Shown here: positions 10,160 through 19,734 of the stretch, in pieces
Numbering within the stretch: the first letter of the stretch is position 1
Layout: every line of letters begins with the position of its first letter
From: Candidatus Dojkabacteria bacterium
GTDB taxonomy: Bacteria; Patescibacteriota; Dojkabacteria; J137
Reading direction: 5' to 3'
Assembly (NCBI GenBank): GCA_030834985.1
Contig: JAUQWV010000003.1
Coordinates: forward strand, 143,387-207,386
DNA: 64,000 nucleotides
Position numbers and translations under genes: made by a program
Notes under the pieces: model-generated
Told to the model about the DNA's origin: nothing
The model's database searches: none
What the model saw: the letters and a program-made list of their open reading frames with translations, nothing else

Positions 10160-13100
10160 ATGGCCATAAATAATAGAGTAAACCTCACTAAGAATCCCAC
10201 CCCTAAAATGTCCATGGATTATTTGGAGGCTCAAAAAGAGTTCTTTGAACGCTTTAAGGTTGAAGGATTCGAAGAATTGTTCGACGAAATTAATCCTATA
10301 ACGGACTATACAGGATTAAACTGGGAAATCACATTTGAAAGTTTCGAATGGGGAGAACCAAAAATTACTTTCAGAGATGCACAATTATTAGGACAAACCT
10401 ATGATGCGCCTGTGCATGCAAACGTAAGACTTCTTAATAAAAAAACTGGAGAGATAAAAAAACAAAAAATCTACCTATGCGATATGCCTTTAATGAGCAA
10501 TAGAGCATCATTTATGATTAATGGTAACGAAAGAGTAGTTGTGTTCCAAATTTTAAGATCAGAAGGTTTATTATTCTCAGAAAGCAAAGCATCATCATCA
10601 AAAAAGAAGCTATATTCAGTTAAATTGATGCCTCACCGAGGTAACTGGTACGAATTTGAAGTAAATAAATATGGAGTAATGAGCATTAAGCTACTTCAAA
10701 AAAGACCAAGAATTCTTTTAACTACATTATTAAGAGCACTTGGATACAGCTCTGACAATGATATTAAAAGAGTTTTAAGTGCAGTAGATGTACCACAAGG
10801 AGAAAGCGAAACAAGCTTTGTTGATGCTACTTTAAGAAAAGATCCTACAAAAAACACAGAAGAGGCATTAGTTGATATCTATAGAAAACTAAGACCTGAA
10901 GATACTGTAACATTAGAAAATGCTAAAGCCTTAATTGATAATATCTTCTTTAATAAACGAAGATTCTATTTAGGAAAAATCGGCCGATACAAATTAAACA
11001 AAAAGCTAGGCATTAACGAAGAGATTACAAATGCTGAATATATTCTTAAGAAAAGAGATGTTGTAGAAGTTATCAAATGTCTTATCAAATTAAATCACGG
11101 TACATTACTTCCTGACGATATTGATAGCTTAAGTAATAGAAGAATTAGAGGAGTAGATGAGCTTGTAGAAGAAAAAATTAGAGTAGGTGTTCTAATAATG
11201 GAGAAAAATATTAAAGATAAGATGGCTACTTACTCAACAGATGAGAAAGTAACTCCAGCAATGATTGTAAATACAAGACCTGTTGTATCTGCAATTAACC
11301 AATTCTTTGGAAGCTCTGCATTAATGAGATTCATGGACCAAAGTAACATCTTTAGTGAATTAGAAGCTAAAAGAAAGATCACTGCGGGAGGACCTAGAGG
11401 TTTAACAAAAGAGAGAGCAACATTCTCTGTTCGAGACGTTCATAACTCTCACTATTCACGACTATGTCCTGTTACCACACCAGAAGGTCCATCTATTGGT
11501 ATGGTTAACCAGTTAGCAATTTATACAAAAATTAATGAATATGGATTCTTAGAAGCTCCATACTTTAATGTTGTAAACAAATTTATTATTGAAATAGATA
11601 AAGTTTCTAACTTTAAAAATCGAGAATTATTTGAAGATTTGGTAGTAAATGGTAAAAGATTAGGTAAGAAAGGTGACGCAATCACAACAGACTTAGCTGA
11701 AAAAGCTAAGAAAGCCGGACTTACTGAATTCCATATTAGACCATTTGTTACAGATGAGATCGTTTATATTGATGCAGATACTGAGCTAGAGCACAAGATC
11801 GCTAGCGCAAGTGTTCATAGAGATGACCATGGAAATATAATTGAAGAACAAACATACGTTCGAGATGGTCAAAACTATGCAAAAGTAAAAACAACAGAAG
11901 TTGATTATTTAGATATTAGCCCCGCACAAATTGCAAGTATGGGATTAGCATTGATTCCTTTTGCTGGAAACGATGACCCTAATAGAACATTAATTGGTGC
12001 AAAAACTCAGGGACAAGCTATTCCTTTAATTAAGAGTCAGTCTCCGATTGTAGGAACTGGATTTGAAACTGAAGCAGCAAGAGCTAGCGGAAGAACAGTA
12101 TATGCTAAAGCAGCTGGAACTGTACTTTATGCAGATGCCGCAAAAGTAACTATTAGCTATGGAAAAAATGACATCGTAGACTATCCTGTAGAAAAGTTTG
12201 TAAGAACAAATCAAAACACATCATTCTCTCAAACTCCAGTTGTTTTACCTGGTCAAAAAGTAAAAGAAGGAGATGTAATTATTGATGGTCCTTGTACAGA
12301 TCATGGTGAATTAGCACTAGGAGTTAACCTAAGAACTGCATACATGGTATACGATGGATATAACTTTGAAGATGGAATTGTGATTTCACAAAGAGTTGTA
12401 AAAGAAGATCTTTTAACTTCAGTACATATTCAAGAATATGTTCAGGAAGTTCGAGAAACTAAATTAGGTAATGAACTTATAACTCGAGATATTCCAGGAG
12501 TAGGAGATTGGGCATTAAGAAATTTAGATGAAGAAGGAGTTGTAAGAATTGGAGCAAGTGTTTCTGCAAATGATATCTTAGTAGGAATTATTGCACCAAA
12601 AGGAGAAAGTGAATTAACAGCAGAAGAGAAATTATTAAGAGCAATCTTCGGTGAATACGCAAGAGATGTTCGAGATAACTCATTAAGAATGCCTTACGGA
12701 GAGCATGGAGTTGTTGTTGCTGTTCAAATTCTTGATAGAGACTCTGGCGCTAAACTAAACGCTGGTGTTCTAAAACAAGTAAAAGTTTGGGTAGCAAAAA
12801 CTCACAGAATTTCTATTGGAGATAAGCTAACAGGGTTCCACGGAGACAAAGGTGTTATTACTAAAGTTGTCCCTGATGAAGATATGCCTCATACAGCAGA
12901 TGGCAAACCAGTAGATATTATTCTTGGTCCATCTTCTATGATTAGACGTATGAATATTGGTCAGTTAATGGAAGTGCACGTTGGAAACTTGGCAAATAAG
13001 TTAGGTGTAAAAGTGCAAGTTCAGCCATTCTCTGAATTCAGCTTAGAGCCATTATTAGACATGGCTAAGAAAAATGGACTTCAATACGAGGAAAAGGTTG

Positions 13101-13609
13101 ACTTGTTTGATGGTAGAACAGGAGAAAAGTTTAAACAACAAGTAACAGTTGGAATGAAATATATGTTCAAACTTGATCACTTAGCTGATCACAAAGTTCA
13201 TGCTAGATCTACTGGACCGTACACTTTGGTTACACAGCAGCCTTTAAGAGGTAAAGCTCAAAGAGGAGGACGAAGATTCGGCGAAATGGAAGTTTGGGCA
13301 CTTGAAGCACACGCTGTACCAAATGTATTACATGAAATGTTAACAATTAAATCTGACGATGTTGTTGGTAGAGCTGCAGCTTACAAAGCAATTATTTCTG
13401 GACAAAGAATTACAGCACCTAGCGTGCCAGAGTCATTCAATGTTTTAGATAAAGAGCTTGCAGGTTTAGCAATTAAACTTGATAAGATCAATGCAGAATA
13501 CGATGAAGAGAGAGCAGATATGGCACTTGAGGAAATCGTTGACTCAATTGGAAACGGCAGCAATGTAACTGACGATCCTAACTTAACAGTTATGGATGAT
13601 GTTGAATAA
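10160..13609 (+). CDS. rpoB: DNA-directed RNA polymerase subunit beta. ATG at 10160 (MAINNRVNL...) preferred over the TTG at 10136
   Basis: Full-length beta subunit with conserved rifampicin-cluster and catalytic regions (GPRGLT..., NMQRQAVPL-like, GDK..HGNKG). Confidence 0.97.
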   Translation: MAINNRVNLTKNPTPKMSMDYLEAQKEFFERFKVEGFEELFDEINPITDYTGLNWEITFESFEWGEPKITFRDAQLLGQTYDAPVHANVRLLNKKTGEIKKQKIYLCDMPLMSNRASFMINGNERVVVFQILRSEGLLFSESKASSSKKKLYSVKLMPHRGNWYEFEVNKYGVMSIKLLQKRPRILLTTLLRALGYSSDNDIKRVLSAVDVPQGESETSFVDATLRKDPTKNTEEALVDIYRKLRPEDTVTLENAKALIDNIFFNKRRFYLGKIGRYKLNKKLGINEEITNAEYILKKRDVVEVIKCLIKLNHGTLLPDDIDSLSNRRIRGVDELVEEKIRVGVLIMEKNIKDKMATYSTDEKVTPAMIVNTRPVVSAINQFFGSSALMRFMDQSNIFSELEAKRKITAGGPRGLTKERATFSVRDVHNSHYSRLCPVTTPEGPSIGMVNQLAIYTKINEYGFLEAPYFNVVNKFIIEIDKVSNFKNRELFEDLVVNGKRLGKKGDAITTDLAEKAKKAGLTEFHIRPFVTDEIVYIDADTELEHKIASASVHRDDHGNIIEEQTYVRDGQNYAKVKTTEVDYLDISPAQIASMGLALIPFAGNDDPNRTLIGAKTQGQAIPLIKSQSPIVGTGFETEAARASGRTVYAKAAGTVLYADAAKVTISYGKNDIVDYPVEKFVRTNQNTSFSQTPVVLPGQKVKEGDVIIDGPCTDHGELALGVNLRTAYMVYDGYNFEDGIVISQRVVKEDLLTSVHIQEYVQEVRETKLGNELITRDIPGVGDWALRNLDEEGVVRIGASVSANDILVGIIAPKGESELTAEEKLLRAIFGEYARDVRDNSLRMPYGEHGVVVAVQILDRDSGAKLNAGVLKQVKVWVAKTHRISIGDKLTGFHGDKGVITKVVPDEDMPHTADGKPVDIILGPSSMIRRMNIGQLMEVHVGNLANKLGVKVQVQPFSEFSLEPLLDMAKKNGLQYEEKVDLFDGRTGEKFKQQVTVGMKYMFKLDHLADHKVHARSTGPYTLVTQQPLRGKAQRGGRRFGEMEVWALEAHAVPNVLHEMLTIKSDDVVGRAAAYKAIISGQRITAPSVPESFNVLDKELAGLAIKLDKINAEYDEERADMALEEIVDSIGNGSNVTDDPNLTVMDDVE

Positions 13610-13640
13610 TTTATTTTGATAAATCTTAAACTAATAACCT

Positions 13641-16600
13641 ATGCTTAAAGATTTTAATGCAGTAAAAATTTCAGTAGCAAGTCCGCAAGATGTAATGAAC
13701 TGGTCACATGGCGAAGTTGCTAGAGCTGAAACAATCAACTACAGAACATTCAAGCCAGAACCCGGTGGTTTAATGGCCGAGGAAATTTTTGGTCCTACCA
13801 AAGACTTTGAATGTTACTGCGGTAAATACAAAAAGATTAGATACAAGGGTATCGTTTGCGACCGATGCGGTGTTGAAATTACTCATAAAAGAGTAAGAAG
13901 AGAGCGAATGGGCCACATTAAGCTGGCTGCTCCTGTAGCACACGTATGGTTCTCAAATGGAGTTCCTAACAAATTATCTTTAATTTTAGATATTCCTCAA
14001 AAGAAGCTAGAAACAGTTATCTACTACGCAAGATATGTTGTAACAAATGTAATTGATGAAGAACGAGAAAAAGCACTTGGCAGCCTTGATGAGCTAAAAA
14101 AGAGCGAATCAGATGAAGTTACTACCGAGTTAGAAGAAAAGATTAAAGAGATTAACGCTCAGTTTGAAGAGGAAGCTGAAGATGTAAGAAAGTCTTCTAA
14201 AGAAAAGGCAAAATTAGACCTTCAATTAGAAAGAATTAGAAATAATGAAAAAACTCAAATTGCAAGATTAAAATCTGCTTATAAACAAAAGCAAGATAAT
14301 ATCGAAAAGAAATTTGTAGACTTAAAAGCTTTAATTCAAAGTGTAACAATCGGTTCAACATTATCAGAAGAAGAATATCAGCTTCTTGAATCTTATGGCT
14401 TCTATTTCTTTGAAGCAGGTATGGGTGCAGAAGCTATTAAGGAGTTGTTAGACAAGCTAAATGTTGATGAAGAAATCACATTATTAGAAGAGGAGTTAAA
14501 AACAAGTAAATCTCAATTAAAAAAGAGCAGAATCGTACAAAGATTAAGAATAATGAAAGGATTACAAAAATCAGGAGTACATCCATCTTGGGTTGTGCTT
14601 GAAGTTTTACCTGTAATTCCTCCAGATTTAAGACCTATTGTACAGCTACCAGGAGGTAGATTTGCTACATATGACCTTAACGACTTATACAGAAGAGTAA
14701 TTAACAGAAATAACAGACTTAAAAGATTAATAGCACTTGGTGCACCTGAAATCATTCTAAGAAATGAAAAAAGAATGCTTCAAGAAGCTGTTGATTCATT
14801 GTTAGATAACAACCACAAACCAGGTGCACCTTCTTTAAACACAAGAGGATTACCATTCAAATCGTTATCCGACATGTTAAGAGGTAAGCAAGGTAGATTT
14901 AGACAAAACCTATTAGGCAAAAGAGTTGACTATTCAGGTAACGCAGTTATTGTTCCTGGTCCTGAATTACAATTTGATCAGTGTGGTTTGCCTAAAGTTA
15001 TTGCTTTAGAGTTATTCAGACCATTCATTATCAGAGAACTTATTGCTAGAGGCTTAGCAGCAAACCCTGCAAAAGCTAAATTGATTTTTGAAAGCGGAAT
15101 TGATGAAGTTTGGGATATTTTAGAAGATGTAAGTAAAGGAAGACCAGTTCTATTGAACAGAGCTCCAACTTTACAAAAACAGAGTATTATTGCATTCTAC
15201 CCAGTCTTAATTGAAGGTAATGCAATTAGACTACATCCTATGACTTGTGCTGGTTTCAACGCAGACTTTGATGGAGACCAAATGGCTGTACATTTACCAT
15301 TATCTGAAAAAGCAGTTGAAGAAGTTAAAGATAGGATGTTTGCAAAGAATAACTTGTTGTCATTAAAAGACGGTTCACCTTTATACAACGTATCTAAAGA
15401 CATGGCATTCGGTATTTACTTCTTAACATTAATGAGAGGTACCGAAGCTGATGCTAAAAATACATATGCAAATATCGACGAGTTAATTTCTGCCTACTAT
15501 CTAGGTAAAGTTCACTTTGACGAACCAGTAAAATTATTACTAGACGGCAAAGTTATTGTTACAACAGCAGGTAGAGCAAGATTAAATAAATCCTTGCCGG
15601 AAGGACATGAATTTATTAATAGTGCATTAGGCTTAAAAGATATATCTGCATTATCAGCAAGTATCTTTAATACCTACGGAAATGAAATCGCATTAGAAAC
15701 ATTAGACGCTATTAAATCTCTTGGATTTATTTATGCAGGAAGACTTGGATTCTCTGTTTCGATGGAAGAATTCAGATTCGGTGGTGACGAGATCTTAGAA
15801 AAGAGATTGGATGAATTTGTAAAGACAGAAGACCAATTAGGTGACGACTACGCTCAGGGCTTCATTACAGAAAATGAACTAAAGTGGAGCAGAAGATCTG
15901 AATGGCAAAAAGAAGTAGAAAAGATTCAAGATGAAATTTGGGAATTAGCGCAAAAAAAATCTCCTAATTTGGTAGATTTGAGCAATTCTAAAGCTATTCC
16001 AGTTGCTCCTTGGGTAAAGAAGATCTCGGGAGTACAAGGCTTTGTAACAGATCCATCTGGAAATATTGTAGACTTGCCACTAAAAAATAACTTTGAAAAA
16101 GGTCTAACAAACTTTGAATATTTTGTTGCTGCTCGTGGAGCTAGAAAAGGCTTTGCAGACGTAGCTTTAAGAACTGCAGACTCTGGTTACTTAACTAGAA
16201 GATTACATGACGTAGCTCAAGATATTGTTACAAATGTTGAAGACTGCGGTACTACAGAAGGTGTTGTAATTGAAAGAGCAGATAAAAGATTGCAATCATT
16301 TGTAAACAGACTAAAAGGAAGATACTTAGCTCAAGATTTGGCTAACCCAAAAATAGGCGAAGTTATTTTATCTGCAGGTGAAGCAATTACATTAGATTTA
16401 GCAAAACACATAGACGCTATTGAAGAGATTACTGAAGTAAAAGTTCGGAGTGCAACAACCTGTCGAGTAGCACATGGTATTTGTCAAAAATGTTATGGAT
16501 ACGACTTAGGAACAGGTCAGCCTGTAGAATTTGGGGTAGCTGTAGGTACAATTGCCTCTCAATCTTTAGGAGAGCCTGCTACTCAATTAACTCTAAAGTC

Positions 16601-17684
16601 TAAATCTGACGCTAGAGCAGGTAGTGCTGACATTACTCAAGGTTTCCCTAGAGTAGAGGAATTACTTGAAGCTAGAACACCAAAAGCTTTAGCTTTACTT
16701 TCAGACATACCAGGTCAAGTTAAGATTATTGATGACAAAAAGAAAGTAATCATTCGAGTAACCGGAGAAAAGAAAGTGGTAAAGAAATATCAGGTAGATA
16801 AAGAAGAGAGTATTGCAGTAAAAGATGGTAAGAAAGTTAAAGTTGGCGACACACTAGCAATCATCAAGAAAAAAGAGCTACAAAGCGAAATAGATGGTAT
16901 CGCCAGCGTAGAAGGTAAGGTGATTACGGTTCGAGGTACAAAAGAGGTTGAAGTTGAAAAAGAAACTGAGAGCTTAATAAACCTTGTTGTTAAAGATGGT
17001 CAAATTGTTGAACAGGGAGACCAGTTAACATTCGGATCAATAGATCCAAAAGAGTTAGCTAAGCTAAAAAGTATTGAAGAAGCTCAAAAATATATTATTA
17101 GAGGAGTACAGGAAGTAATCGGTATCTCTGGTATTGAAGTAGATGACAAACACTTAGAAATAATTGTTAGACAAATGGCCAGGTACGCAATGGTTGTAGA
17201 TAGTGGCGATAGCAAAGAGTATTTGCTTGGCGATTACGTAGATGTACTTGACTTAGAAGCCGAGAACGAAAGATTACAGTCTGAAGGACTAAAGCCAATT
17301 AAATCTGTAAGAGTTCTAATGGGAATCACAAACTCTGCATTAAGAACAGAAAGCTTCTTATCTGCAGCGTCATTTGAGCAGCAAGTTAGAGTTCTAACTG
17401 ATGCAGCGCTTATAGGTAAAGTAGATCATTTGAGAGGATTAAAAGAAAATGTTATAATCGGCAGACCAGTTCCTTTAGGAGATGAGCTTAAAAAACAATT
17501 AGGCTTGATTGTAGAAGAGGAAGTGGTAGAACCAAGTGCAGATACTGTTGGTACAGAAAATGAAGTAGAAAGTACCACAGACGAATTCGGTTTTGCTAAA
17601 ACATCTGAAGCAGTAGAAGATGCTGCTAGCGGAAATGTTGGAGAACAGGCCGATGCAGATGAAAATCCTGCAGATATAGAATAA
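13641..17684 (+). CDS. rpoC: DNA-directed RNA polymerase subunit beta'
   Basis: Zn-finger CYCGKY..CDRCGVE and the NADFDGDQMAVH catalytic motif. Carries a lineage-specific coiled-coil insertion and an acidic C-terminal tail. Confidence 0.97.
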   Translation: MLKDFNAVKISVASPQDVMNWSHGEVARAETINYRTFKPEPGGLMAEEIFGPTKDFECYCGKYKKIRYKGIVCDRCGVEITHKRVRRERMGHIKLAAPVAHVWFSNGVPNKLSLILDIPQKKLETVIYYARYVVTNVIDEEREKALGSLDELKKSESDEVTTELEEKIKEINAQFEEEAEDVRKSSKEKAKLDLQLERIRNNEKTQIARLKSAYKQKQDNIEKKFVDLKALIQSVTIGSTLSEEEYQLLESYGFYFFEAGMGAEAIKELLDKLNVDEEITLLEEELKTSKSQLKKSRIVQRLRIMKGLQKSGVHPSWVVLEVLPVIPPDLRPIVQLPGGRFATYDLNDLYRRVINRNNRLKRLIALGAPEIILRNEKRMLQEAVDSLLDNNHKPGAPSLNTRGLPFKSLSDMLRGKQGRFRQNLLGKRVDYSGNAVIVPGPELQFDQCGLPKVIALELFRPFIIRELIARGLAANPAKAKLIFESGIDEVWDILEDVSKGRPVLLNRAPTLQKQSIIAFYPVLIEGNAIRLHPMTCAGFNADFDGDQMAVHLPLSEKAVEEVKDRMFAKNNLLSLKDGSPLYNVSKDMAFGIYFLTLMRGTEADAKNTYANIDELISAYYLGKVHFDEPVKLLLDGKVIVTTAGRARLNKSLPEGHEFINSALGLKDISALSASIFNTYGNEIALETLDAIKSLGFIYAGRLGFSVSMEEFRFGGDEILEKRLDEFVKTEDQLGDDYAQGFITENELKWSRRSEWQKEVEKIQDEIWELAQKKSPNLVDLSNSKAIPVAPWVKKISGVQGFVTDPSGNIVDLPLKNNFEKGLTNFEYFVAARGARKGFADVALRTADSGYLTRRLHDVAQDIVTNVEDCGTTEGVVIERADKRLQSFVNRLKGRYLAQDLANPKIGEVILSAGEAITLDLAKHIDAIEEITEVKVRSATTCRVAHGICQKCYGYDLGTGQPVEFGVAVGTIASQSLGEPATQLTLKSKSDARAGSADITQGFPRVEELLEARTPKALALLSDIPGQVKIIDDKKKVIIRVTGEKKVVKKYQVDKEESIAVKDGKKVKVGDTLAIIKKKELQSEIDGIASVEGKVITVRGTKEVEVEKETESLINLVVKDGQIVEQGDQLTFGSIDPKELAKLKSIEEAQKYIIRGVQEVIGISGIEVDDKHLEIIVRQMARYAMVVDSGDSKEYLLGDYVDVLDLEAENERLQSEGLKPIKSVRVLMGITNSALRTESFLSAASFEQQVRVLTDAALIGKVDHLRGLKENVIIGRPVPLGDELKKQLGLIVEEEVVEPSADTVGTENEVESTTDEFGFAKTSEAVEDAASGNVGEQADADENPADIE

Positions 17685-17713
17685 ATTAATAAAATAAATA
17701 TATTTAAATAAAT

Positions 17714-18175
17714 ATGGCAAGAGTTTCGCAATTAGTTCGAAAGGGAAGAAGTCCAAAAACGAAGACTGTAAGGTTTAAAGGACTATTATTCTCTGAAGAC
17801 GATAAAATTAAATCAATGCATTTTAACTTCAACGGAGTTAAAAATAAGTACTACATGCGACCAAATCCATTTAGAAGAGGCGTATGTATTGCAGTTAAAA
17901 CTATGACACCTAAGAAACCAAACTCTGCTTTACGAAAAATCGCAAGAGTAAGGTTATCTAATAAACAGGTAGTAACTGCATATATTCCTGGAGAAGGTCA
18001 TAACCTTCAGGAGCACTCTGTTGTATTGTTAAGAGCAGGAAAAAAACCTGACCTACCTGGAGTAAAATACCAAGTTGTTAGAGGCGTTTATGATGCTGCT
18101 CCTGTTGAAAATAGAAGACAGGCTCGAAGCCGATACGGTCGAAAGAAACCAAAAGCAGGCGAAAAGAAAGCATAA
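17714..18175 (+). CDS. rpsL: 30S ribosomal protein S12, with an ~25-30 aa N-terminal-region insertion
   Basis: [12 protein letters not shown] ... [11 protein letters not shown] ... [11 protein letters not shown] ... conserved. 153 aa versus ~124 aa typical. Confidence 0.93.
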   Translation: MARVSQLVRKGRSPKTKTVRFKGLLFSEDDKIKSMHFNFNGVKNKYYMRPNPFRRGVCIAVKTMTPKKPNSALRKIARVRLSNKQVVTAYIPGEGHNLQEHSVVLLRAGKKPDLPGVKYQVVRGVYDAAPVENRRQARSRYGRKKPKAGEKKA

Positions 18176-18268
18176 GACACCATAACTAAATTTAAAAGAA
18201 GAGTATTCTCGGCGAAAGCTAAGGAGAACTTTGTTTTAAACATAATTCTTAATTATTAAATAATATAA

Positions 18269-18736
18269 ATGAGAGGAAAAAGAGCACCGGTAAGACCAAT
18301 CAAACCGGACGAAGTACATAATAGTGTATTAGTTTCAAAATTCATTAACTACGTAATGTACGATGGTCAAAAGCAGACTGCTAGAACTATTGTATATAAA
18401 GCAATAGAGGATTTAGCAAATAAAACAAAGACTAAAGGTACTGAAGCTTTAGAAAAAGCTATTGAAAACGCAAGACCAAAGATCGAAGTTAGAAGCAGAA
18501 GAATTGGAGGAGCAAACTTTCAAGTTCCTGTTCCAGTAAGCGAAAAAAGACAAACTGCATTAGCCTTAAAATGGATTTTAGAAGCAGCAAGAGCTAGCAG
18601 AAAGAATACTGAATTCTGGGTTGTATTATCTAAAGAATTGCAAAATGCCTATAACAAAGAAGGTTCTGCTATTAAGAAAAAAGAGGAAGTTCTAAGAATG
18701 GCAGAAGCTAATAAAGCATTTGCTCAATTTGCTTAA
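18269..18736 (+). CDS. rpsG: 30S ribosomal protein S7
   Basis: 155 aa with an S7 signature (MRGKRAP...YDGQKQTA...). Confidence 0.93.
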   Translation: MRGKRAPVRPIKPDEVHNSVLVSKFINYVMYDGQKQTARTIVYKAIEDLANKTKTKGTEALEKAIENARPKIEVRSRRIGGANFQVPVPVSEKRQTALALKWILEAARASRKNTEFWVVLSKELQNAYNKEGSAIKKKEEVLRMAEANKAFAQFA

Positions 18737-18775
18737 GAAGAATTAAAGAATAAAGTTAAAAATAAAGCTGTTTCA

Positions 18776-18808
18776 AGCCCCGACCCCAAGGCCGGGGCTT
18801 TCTTTCGC
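18776..18808 (+). terminator. Rho-independent terminator after rpsG
   Basis: Stem AGCCCCG/CGGGGCT followed by TTCTTTCG. No fusA/tuf downstream. Confidence 0.5.
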
Positions 18809-18957
18809 GATTAATACTTTCGATTTCAATCTTATTTTCGAGCTACCAGTCAGCAGCAGCTGTCTTATTGCCCCTAAAACACTGCGCTACCTTGATATTA
18901 GCGCCCACAATATGTTAGAATATTTTGACATTAATTCATAATTGTTAAATTAAACGC

Positions 18958-19734
18958 ATGGGGATCAAAATAGATAAATCCGTCAAGAACTTCTTATTAG
19001 ATTTTGGACTGACAGATAAAGAAATCACTGTTTATACAACCCTCCTTAAAACAGGACCCAATACAATTATGAATCTGGCTAGAGAAACTAGCATCAAAAG
19101 ATCCACTACACACAATACTGTTGAGGAATTAATCAAAAAAGGATTAGTAAGCCAAACAAATTATGGTGAAAGAAGAATGGTTATAGCAGAAGACCCTGAT
19201 AAATTAAAGTTTCTAATGGAGCAGAAGAAGTGGGATATTAATAAACTAGAGAAGAACTTACCTGATACAATACAGGCTATACAAGGATTAGTACCAGCAA
19301 GTACAGATGTTAATGATGTCGAAGTTAAATATTTTACAGGAGAAAAAGGTGTACAAATGATATATACTGAAGCACTAAGAGCTCAAGAACTACGATCCTA
19401 TGCAAATATTCAGAAAATATTTGAAGTCTTTCCCGATAATTCTGAGATTTTTAGACAAGCTCATATAACGAATAAAGACTTAAAATTATGGGAAATAGTT
19501 GAAAATTCTGAAGTAGCGAAAGAATACGCTTCAAAATATGCCGAAAAAGATAGGTATCATTACAAACTTTCCCCTGTATTATTTACTGCTGGAGCATTAG
19601 ATATATTGATCTATGACGGTAAAGTCGCTGTAATCACTGTTAAAGAAGGGGTTACTGGAGTCGTGATCTCTAATAAAGATTATTACAATAATACAGCTGC
19701 CGTATTCGACTTTGTATGGAGTGCTCTTGACTGA
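18958..19734 (+). CDS. TrmB-like HTH transcriptional regulator (paralog 1)
   Basis: N-terminal winged HTH (FGLTDKEITVYTTLLKTGPNTIMNLARETSIKRSTTHNTVEELIKKGLV) followed by a conserved RRMVIAEDPDKL segment typical of the TrmB architecture. Confidence 0.55.
   Translation: MGIKIDKSVKNFLLDFGLTDKEITVYTTLLKTGPNTIMNLARETSIKRSTTHNTVEELIKKGLVSQTNYGERRMVIAEDPDKLKFLMEQKKWDINKLEKNLPDTIQAIQGLVPASTDVNDVEVKYFTGEKGVQMIYTEALRAQELRSYANIQKIFEVFPDNSEIFRQAHITNKDLKLWEIVENSEVAKEYASKYAEKDRYHYKLSPVLFTAGALDILIYDGKVAVITVKEGVTGVVISNKDYYNNTAAVFDFVWSALD

Noticed and set aside
17426-17756. Two overlapping minus-strand ORFs (101 and 85 aa) at the rpoC 3' end and rpsL start
   Set aside because: Antisense to rpoC/rpsL. Low-complexity Ser-rich and Phe/Ile-rich translations.
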